Below are positions 23,051 to 28,991 of a stretch of 28,991 nt of DNA, in pieces. This DNA comes from a virus. Taxonomy: Duplodnaviria > Caudoviricetes. Location of the stretch: positions 1-28,991 of the IMG/VR virus record IMGVR_UViG_3300011334_000366; one strand, 5' to 3'. The translations under genes were made by a program, and so were the position numbers. The first letter of the stretch is position 1; each line of letters opens with the position of its first letter. Below the pieces are notes generated by a model. The model was not told the origin of the DNA, ran no database searches, and saw only the letters and a program-made list of their open reading frames with translations.

Positions 23051-23524
23051 TCAATTGAAGTCCCAGTAAGCAACCGTGAAGTAAAGCACGGTGCTTGCAG
23101 TGACAGTGCTAGCAGATGCCAGCGTGACAATAACCTGGGTATTGTCGGTGGTAGCGGCGAAGGCCAAATCACCGGCAGTGCCAGCAACAGTCGATCCGAA
23201 TGTCACGGTGCTACCAGCAGAAAGGACGATGCCGTCTGCGTAAACGTCAGCATTGGCGGATGTGCCGATGTCGAGCGTCAGCGTGGTGCCAGGATCAACG
23301 CATGAAACGTAGCTATCGCCACGAGCCAAAACCGCACCTTTGGGAAGGTAGCAGAGGCTGAACGTGTCGCTGGTAGCTTCCGCGCCAGTGGTGATGTATG
23401 TCGCAAGAAGCGCTTTCAAAGTGCCTCCAGTGAGAGATGCTGGCGAACGGGTTGGGCGTTCGGAGCCATCAAGAAGCGCAGTGGCTTGATTGGTGAATAG
23501 AGTGGTGTTTACGAGTGCGGCCAT
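23051..23524 (-). CDS. Capsid cement/decoration-like protein
   Basis: A/T/S-rich beta protein with LPKGAV and TLTLDIG..YADG motifs, downstream of the capsid gene. Confidence 0.65.
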   Translation of the reverse strand: MAALVNTTLFTNQATALLDGSERPTRSPASLTGGTLKALLATYITTGAEATSDTFSLCYLPKGAVLARGDSYVSCVDPGTTLTLDIGTSANADVYADGIVLSAGSTVTFGSTVAGTAGDLAFAATTDNTQVIVTLASASTVTASTVLYFTVAYWDFN

Positions 23525-23561
23525 AATGGTATTTTATTGAGTGTTGAACTTTAGCGGGTAG

Positions 23562-23786
23562 TTAGATTGTCGGGATTGGATAAGCTGAAATTGCCGCTGC
23601 ATTGATTGCAGTAACAACATCAGTCACGGTAACGCCATTGGCGAGCTGACGAACAAAACGACGCAGTGCAACGACATTAGTGTCGCTAATCACAAGATCA
23701 TCATCTGTCGCGCCTTCAAGAGTGGCGGTTTCCATTGTATTGCGGCCAGGCTTAATGCTGACTTGGTAGGTGATGCGTTCGGCCAT
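23562..23786 (-). CDS. Small hypothetical (probably virion) protein
   Basis: 74-aa ORF filling the gap after the capsid gene, with a CCACT-ATG initiation context. Confidence 0.65.
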   Translation of the reverse strand: MAERITYQVSIKPGRNTMETATLEGATDDDLVISDTNVVALRRFVRQLANGVTVTDVVTAINAAAISAYPIPTI

Positions 23787-23800
23787 AGTGGTAGGTTTAG

Positions 23801-23829
23801 AAAAAGGCGGCTTTTACACCGCCCCTTTT
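23801..23829 (-). terminator. Rho-independent terminator after the major capsid gene
   Basis: GGCGG-TGTAAAAG-CCGCC followed by TTTTT. Confidence 0.75.
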
Positions 23830-23839
23830 AGCTTAGTGG

Positions 23840-24730
23840 TTATGGGGACTCGTCGCAATAGATACGAACAACCTTTTCATTCTCAGTGCGGACAGCACCG
23901 AGCATCATGGTCGAGCGGATCTGGAGGGCGTGGCGGCGGGTAGGCAGAATGTCCATCTGCACCTTGCGATCCGACATGGCAAACTTGATTGCGCTCTTGT
24001 GGAAGGCAAACACGGAGCGGATGTCGGTGCTGGTATTGCGTGCAAGGCGCTGTGAAGACAAAAACTTGAAGCCGAGGAAGGTATCAACCTGACCAGACAC
24101 AAGAGCCTTAACGCTGCTGTAGTCTTCGCTGGTGACTTCCGTAGTGCGGAGAAGGTCTTGCACCTGTTGAGCACCGCAAACAAGCATACGGTCAGCGTTT
24201 GGCACTTCAGCCAAGTCCATCAGGTATTTAGCCCGACGAAGTTTGCCGATGGTCAGACCGCTAGCTGCGCTCGTGCCGTTCTCAACGTAGGTCGAGGCGA
24301 GAGAGTAGTTAGTGTCGAACGCATCCGAGGTTGTGCCGTCTTCGCCGATGTAGCGAGTAGCGTCAAAGGCGCTGATGATCACGTCATCAATTGCGCGGTT
24401 GAATGCCATCGCGTGAGACTGGACTTCATCGCTCGTTGGGAGAACGATGCTGCCGAGGAAATGCTTGTCGAACTCGTCAAACACGGTAACTTTTTCTTTC
24501 GGACGCTGGGTGAGCCAGTATTTAGATCCGTCGAATTCGCCATCAGGAGTGTCGCCCTTGCGGACAAGAACATCCTGCGCTTCGGAGTCGTTGATAAGGT
24601 TAAACCATTTCTTTTTGCCGGTGAAATCGGCGCGAGTAACGGAATTGAGCAGGCGGGAATCCATCTGCTGGAGAGCCTGGGTGAAAGAGCGTTCAAACTC
24701 TGTTGGATAGAATGTGTCGATGGTAGCCAT
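23840..24730 (-). CDS. Major capsid protein
   Basis: LQQMDSRL, AFNRAIDDVII, TSEDYSSVKALVSGQVDTFLGFKF and GAVRTENEKVV motifs; follows the scaffold gene. Confidence 0.92.
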   Translation of the reverse strand: MATIDTFYPTEFERSFTQALQQMDSRLLNSVTRADFTGKKKWFNLINDSEAQDVLVRKGDTPDGEFDGSKYWLTQRPKEKVTVFDEFDKHFLGSIVLPTSDEVQSHAMAFNRAIDDVIISAFDATRYIGEDGTTSDAFDTNYSLASTYVENGTSAASGLTIGKLRRAKYLMDLAEVPNADRMLVCGAQQVQDLLRTTEVTSEDYSSVKALVSGQVDTFLGFKFLSSQRLARNTSTDIRSVFAFHKSAIKFAMSDRKVQMDILPTRRHALQIRSTMMLGAVRTENEKVVRIYCDESP

Positions 24731-24876
24731 GATATAGATGTGGTAAAATGAGGTGAGTTGAACTGTTCGGGATGAACAGTGTCGGAAGTCGTTGCTCCCA
24801 GTGCTCCTTGGTTGCCTTCAGTGAAGACCTCGTAGACCGGCCACCAGATTGTCCATCGCTGGGTCTGATGACTGAT

Positions 24877-24923
24877 ATTCTCACAAATGAGAATCAAAGC
24901 AAGAACTTTTCTCATTTTTGAGA
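24877..24923. promoter_or_regulatory. Paired TCTCA-N4-TGAGA palindromes upstream of the capsid gene
   Basis: ATTCTCA-caaa-TGAGAAT (24877-24894) and TCTCA-tttt-TGAGA (24910-24923). Confidence 0.7.
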
Positions 24924-24935
24924 TGCTTGCCAATG

Positions 24936-24967
24936 AAAAGGGCCAGGCCGATTAAGACCTGACCCTT
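24936..24967 (-). terminator. Rho-independent terminator after the scaffold gene
   Basis: AAGGGTCAGGTC-TTAATC-GGCCTGGCCCTT followed by TT. Confidence 0.6.
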
Positions 24968-25028
24968 GCTCATGCTGAGGACGCTAGAGCTAGCGTGAAA
25001 ACGCCGACACAACGCGGCACCTCAAATT

Positions 25029-25853
25029 CTAGGAAGTAGCGGCAGAAAACAACCGCTGTATCTGCGACAGTGCAGCGGATTGTTTCTCCACGCCATTCTT
25101 TCCTTGATAATCGTCGCCCTTGCGGATGCGGTCGGCCTGCTCTTGATAGGTAGCCGAAGCATTGTCGCCGCTGATAAGACCTGAATCTTCACGCAGGAAC
25201 TTATCAATTGCCAGTGATGCGCGGATAAACTCAGGATCGGATGCCAGCTTGCTGCTTTTGATGTCGATGCCGACTGCCAGAGCGCCACGGGCTGCACGCT
25301 GCCAGTTGTTCGGAGCATATGCGCCCCATTCGGTATTCATGCCGTCAATTACGCCTTGAACCTGCTGCGCTTCCATCTCTGCGGACTTGGCAATGATGCC
25401 GCCCATGTTCTCGTTGTTAAGGTCAATCAGCTTGTGCAGCGCTTCAGGTGGGATGCCATACTCTGCCGCAATTGTTGCCGCTTTGTTGGCAGTGTCTGAG
25501 TTCCAGATTACGCCTTCTGGCAGGTTGTCGGGAGCTTTTAGTCCATAATCCTCTGGCTTCTCAGGAGCGCCGGTGATCTTCCGCACCTCTGATCTGTAAG
25601 CAGCGATCTGTTCAGGCGTTGCTTTCTCGCCTGGCTTCTTGATCTCGCGCTTTTCCGAGAATGCCTTTTCAAGCGACTGATAAGATGCGCCGAGTTGGTC
25701 AACCTTCGGCTCGCCCTTAGCCTCATCCCAGAACTTAGCTGGAATGTAATCAGGCCGAGTGATTGCCGATGGCTGAATATCGGGAGTTACCGGCGTTGGT
25801 GTAAGCTGCGTATCGAGCGCAGTCGTTTCGGTGGTCGTTGTTGTGGTGTCCAT
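25029..25853 (-). CDS. Capsid scaffolding/assembly protein
   Basis: RPDYIPAKFWD..LGASYQSLEK, APEKPEDY and EWG motifs; lies between portal and capsid. Start set at ATG 25853. Confidence 0.8.
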   Translation of the reverse strand: MDTTTTTTETTALDTQLTPTPVTPDIQPSAITRPDYIPAKFWDEAKGEPKVDQLGASYQSLEKAFSEKREIKKPGEKATPEQIAAYRSEVRKITGAPEKPEDYGLKAPDNLPEGVIWNSDTANKAATIAAEYGIPPEALHKLIDLNNENMGGIIAKSAEMEAQQVQGVIDGMNTEWGAYAPNNWQRAARGALAVGIDIKSSKLASDPEFIRASLAIDKFLREDSGLISGDNASATYQEQADRIRKGDDYQGKNGVEKQSAALSQIQRLFSAATS

Positions 25854-25858
25854 GATGT

Positions 25859-26212
25859 TTATTTGACGTTGATTTCTTTCCACTCGTTGAACTCACTTGG
25901 CCCGTAGGTATTCACGAACCGCATCTGGAATTGCTGCGGATTCTCGTAGTAGTTACCGAATCCGCTGATGCCCCAGCGCGAAGGAGTAGGCGCTTGAACT
26001 GGCAAGGATTCCTTGTCGGTTGGTTCCTCGGTTAGTTCCTCATGCACCGGCTCAGTGATGATTACTTTCAGGTTAGGATTTGCCGCGATGTCTCGGATTT
26101 GTCCCAAGATGCGCCCGCTGATTTTGTCAGATGCGCGGATGGTGTCATCGACAATGCGTCCGATGATTTCGTCATCGCGCATCACCTCGTTATTTTCTGT
26201 GATGTTGATCAT
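25859..26212 (-). CDS. Hypothetical protein (117 aa)
   Basis: Start set at ATG 26212 (MINITENNEV); tightly packed in the head operon. Confidence 0.65.
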   Translation of the reverse strand: MINITENNEVMRDDEIIGRIVDDTIRASDKISGRILGQIRDIAANPNLKVIITEPVHEELTEEPTDKESLPVQAPTPSRWGISGFGNYYENPQQFQMRFVNTYGPSEFNEWKEINVK

Positions 26213-26216
26213 GTTG

Positions 26217-26504
26217 TTATAGTTGTTCTGTTGGTTTTTCTGGTTTCTCATCGTAACGAGAAAGGTATGTGTCGAGCAGCCACCTGACATGCGCCTTGCT
26301 GCCGTCTGCTAGACCTGCTTTGATTGCATCAGCGCCGCTGGACTGCGTGAAGACGGTAGCGAACACGCCGCCGCACGTTTGATTCATCCACCTAAAGACG
26401 AGTTGAAAGTCCTCGTTATGAAACAGTCGAAGAACCGCGCCGGTGAGCGACGGCTTTTCATCTTCCCGCAGTGGAGCCAACAGTTGTGTTATGGTTGTTT
26501 CCAT
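26217..26504 (-). CDS. Bbp19-like small head-module protein
   Basis: LF..EDFQLVFRWM...DGSKAHVRWL pattern; directly after the portal gene. Confidence 0.6.
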   Translation of the reverse strand: METTITQLLAPLREDEKPSLTGAVLRLFHNEDFQLVFRWMNQTCGGVFATVFTQSSGADAIKAGLADGSKAHVRWLLDTYLSRYDEKPEKPTEQL

Positions 26505-26511
26505 TTGAAAT

Positions 26512-28206
26512 CTACATCATCGCCTGGGCAACTTCCTTGGCTTTATCCACGCCGCCAATGTCCTTCACGGCGCCAGCCGCCTGCTGCATCATCGCCATCT
26601 GTTGCTGCGCCTGCATCGCTTGAGCACGGCCTTGGCGGATTGCATCGACCTCTTCTTGTGGGCGAAGGAAGGAAGGATCGACACCGGCGAGCCTTGAACT
26701 CTCGCGGATGAACCATGACGGGTTGACCTCATCGACAATCTCAGGGAACACTTGAGCAAGTGACGCGATCTTCTGCACCATCGTATCATCAGCACGAAGC
26801 GACATGCCACGCAGAGCAAGCGCCAGCCGATTTGTCGTCGTGATGACTGGATTAGGCACTTGGATGAGATTTGGCCCGATCTGCTGCACGGACTCGGGAG
26901 GTGGAGTAGGTAGCATTCCATTCTCGGCCCATGACTCAAACAGGCGAATCATCATCGGCTGGATTGTGTCGGTGGTATCGCGATCAAACGCAGGGCTGAT
27001 GGCATCCAGCTTCTCACCGGCGAGCTGATTGGCCTCAAATGCCGTCATCTCGCGGTTGTTCGCAGCGTTCATCGAGAACATCTGAAACATGTCTAGATGG
27101 CAGCGACGGCGAATCATGTCCTGACGCATTTTGACTCGCTCCATTGCCATTGACCAATCACCGCTCACGTTGAGAGGATAGATGGAATCAGCGTTCAAGC
27201 CTGCGCCATAGTAGTTCATGGCGCGTGCAGATGTCTTGAGCGTGCCTTCAAACGTATCTGGCACCATCATCGGAGGAAACACCGTCTTCTCGGCGTAAAC
27301 ATCCATCATCTTCTGCATGAAGTTAAGCTGACGACTCTCTGGCAGGATCGAGAACCCTGGCCCGTAGCCCCACATGTCACCGACATCCAGCGCATCCCAC
27401 TTCAAAAAGCGGCCGACATGGAAAGGGAACGAATCGAAACCGCTTTCCTGAACGATCTTCTGACTATCCTTTTCGACGTATGCAGAGACGAACGCCTTTT
27501 TCTTGCCTGCCGCCATTCCCATGTCGTTTCCGCGCTCTTTTACAGGCCGAGGCTCGACGATGTGGATAAAGGTAAACTTCTTTTCCGAGCCGTTGTCGAA
27601 CGCTTCCCTGACTGCAACAGGCAATTCATCGCGGCCAAACTTGCCTTCTGCCTGTCGCGCAGTCATCTCAAACTCACGCATGACGCAGTTCGCCGCACCG
27701 TTGTGATCGGTATCGAAGACGTAGCTGCCAATCTTGATCTTCTCGAAGCGTGTCTGATTGTCTGGCGTTACCTGCGAGAACAAGCAAGATGTCCCGAAGC
27801 CCCAAAGATCAAAGAGCGACTCATGCCGTTCAGCGTAGAAATTGGAGTTAGCGATGTATTCCGACGCGAGCATCGAGCACTCACGAAGCCAGTTCTTGAC
27901 GGCATCGTTGTTCCTAAACGCAAGGATCGGCGTGAACTCCATCCACGGCTGCGTTTTGTCGGTCGTCCAGCTCATGTAGCCAGCAACCGCACGCTCGATG
28001 GCATCCATGCCGGTAATGTCGTATAAACGCGCATCACGCTGATTCGCAGGCGTGTAATCTTTTTGAGTGATCCCAGCCTTTCGCGTAAAAATATGCTCTG
28101 CAATCTCCTGCCAGGCGGTGTCCCAGATTGCACGCGAGTCTCTTAGCGCATTGTAACGCTTGAGCCATCCTGCCGTGCGGTCGCTGCCCTCAATGTGTTG
28201 GCTCAT
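26512..28206 (-). CDS. Portal (head-tail connector) protein
   Basis: WQEIAEHI, DLWGFGT, WGYGPG, MTAFE and Q-rich C-terminus, typical of podoviral portals. Confidence 0.93.
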   Translation of the reverse strand: MSQHIEGSDRTAGWLKRYNALRDSRAIWDTAWQEIAEHIFTRKAGITQKDYTPANQRDARLYDITGMDAIERAVAGYMSWTTDKTQPWMEFTPILAFRNNDAVKNWLRECSMLASEYIANSNFYAERHESLFDLWGFGTSCLFSQVTPDNQTRFEKIKIGSYVFDTDHNGAANCVMREFEMTARQAEGKFGRDELPVAVREAFDNGSEKKFTFIHIVEPRPVKERGNDMGMAAGKKKAFVSAYVEKDSQKIVQESGFDSFPFHVGRFLKWDALDVGDMWGYGPGFSILPESRQLNFMQKMMDVYAEKTVFPPMMVPDTFEGTLKTSARAMNYYGAGLNADSIYPLNVSGDWSMAMERVKMRQDMIRRRCHLDMFQMFSMNAANNREMTAFEANQLAGEKLDAISPAFDRDTTDTIQPMMIRLFESWAENGMLPTPPPESVQQIGPNLIQVPNPVITTTNRLALALRGMSLRADDTMVQKIASLAQVFPEIVDEVNPSWFIRESSRLAGVDPSFLRPQEEVDAIRQGRAQAMQAQQQMAMMQQAAGAVKDIGGVDKAKEVAQAMM

Positions 28207-28209
28207 AGG

Positions 28210-28518
28210 TTAAAATCCAAATGCTGCGCCGCCCAGAATTGATTTATAATTATTACCGCCGCCGCCTTTACCACCTACGCCATATTGCTTTGGATTGACG
28301 GTATTGACCATCACGCCACCTTGCACGTCGCCACCTCCGAGAGGGCCTGCTGCGCCTAGTGCAGTCTTGGGTGCAAGCGGATTGACTGGATCAATTGTTT
28401 TACGCAGACCCATGCGATTGCTGGCAGCGGAGTATGCCTGCTCACCCTGCGCAGAATCAGCACGCACAGGCGCAGCCATCGGTGGTGGTGGTGGTGGAGC
28501 CTTAGCCTTGCCGCCCAT
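28210..28518 (-). CDS. Small Pro/Gly-rich virion protein upstream of the portal (gp7.3-like position)
   Basis: MGGKAKAPPPPPP start, strong SD AAAGGAGG, and GLRKTI and KSILG motifs. Confidence 0.7.
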   Translation of the reverse strand: MGGKAKAPPPPPPMAAPVRADSAQGEQAYSAASNRMGLRKTIDPVNPLAPKTALGAAGPLGGGDVQGGVMVNTVNPKQYGVGGKGGGGNNYKSILGGAAFGF

Positions 28519-28537
28519 GGATGCCTCCTTTGTGGTT

Positions 28538-28569
28538 TCTCATAATTGATAATCATATCAAAAGTGAGA
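28538..28569. promoter_or_regulatory. Paired TCTCA-N4-TGAGA-type palindromes upstream of the portal block
   Basis: TCTCA-taat-TGATA (28538-28551) and TATCA-aaag-TGAGA (28556-28569). Confidence 0.65.
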
Positions 28570-28584
28570 AAGCGCAAGGCAAAA

Positions 28585-28926
28585 TTACAAGCCTGCCCTA
28601 ATTCTGAGGCGCTGATAGTCGAGCCAATGGATGCGACCTTCGTTTTCTCGGCAGAAACCTAGCCATTTGCGGTCAGTCGGATTCGGGTCGAGTCTCATCA
28701 GCTCGGTCAGATTGCCCACTGCTAGCGTTACAAAGTAAGCTCGGTCGTATCTGGAATCACCAAACTCTCGGCAAACTTCGTGAGCGATGATGAACGACTC
28801 ACTGTTGCTGTAGATGTAGCCAGAATGTAACGCATCGGTGATGAGTTCCTCAAAGCACATGCCAAGATCGGCTGCAATCTCTCGCGCGTAATCCGCCGGT
28901 GATGCCTTAGTTAGTGTCTTGAACAT
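28585..28926 (-). CDS. Hypothetical protein (113 aa)
   Basis: Co-oriented ORF upstream of the portal block; no motif recognised with confidence. Confidence 0.65.
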   Translation of the reverse strand: MFKTLTKASPADYAREIAADLGMCFEELITDALHSGYIYSNSESFIIAHEVCREFGDSRYDRAYFVTLAVGNLTELMRLDPNPTDRKWLGFCRENEGRIHWLDYQRLRIRAGL

Positions 28927-28990
28927 CGCTGCGTCTGCGCGTTGAGGTTGATTGTCCTGGCCCTGAGTGAATCAATCCAAGCCGGGCAGC
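28907..28990 (-). CDS. C-terminal fragment of an upstream gene (terminase large subunit suggested by position only)
   Basis: Open frame from the window edge: AARLGLIHSGPGQSTSTRRRSDVQDTN*. Identity is inferred only from gene order. Confidence 0.3.
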   Translation of the reverse strand, partial: AARLGLIHSGPGQSTSTRRRSDVQDTN

Positions 28991-28991
28991 T

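Noticed and set aside
23787-23845. T7-like capsid frameshift or readthrough into the downstream ORF
   Set aside because: No slippery sequence was seen before the TAA. A terminator hairpin follows, and the next gene has its own start.
24379-24933. 184-aa ORF overlapping the capsid start
   Set aside because: It runs out of frame across regulatory palindromes and the capsid gene, with no protein-like features.
1-28991. Stop-codon reassignment, tRNA/rRNA genes, or an integrase gene
   Set aside because: TAA, TGA and TAG all terminate intact genes under the standard code. No cloverleaf, rRNA or tyrosine-recombinase motif was recognised by eye.

Overview
This window is about 29 kb of a podovirus-like dsDNA phage genome, with essentially all genes on the minus strand. 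From right to left: head module (portal, Bbp19-like protein, scaffold, major capsid, cement-like protein), tail tubular proteins A and B, a gp13-like protein, three internal/ejection proteins, a small tail fibre, and a lysis region. The largest ejection protein is 2854 aa and carries a central stack of effector modules. The lysis region (holin-like genes, overlapping spanin-like pair, amidase) is interrupted by a peptidase / metallophosphoesterase / DUF4406-DUF5664 trio. The left end holds early genes (RHH repressor, RecT-like annealase). The most striking unexplained structure is a set of integron attC-like sites at 1-24, 217-306, 446-551, 556-593 and 2834-2925. They delimit small gene cassettes with complementary ends. 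The cassette ORFs run antisense to the sites and often start or stop inside them. No integrase is present in the window. Other notable signals are F-S-I-S junction motifs bounding the low-GC ADP-ribosyltransferase-like modules of the giant protein, and paired TCTCA-N4-TGAGA palindromes upstream of three structural gene blocks. All product calls come from motif recognition and gene order; no database search was run.
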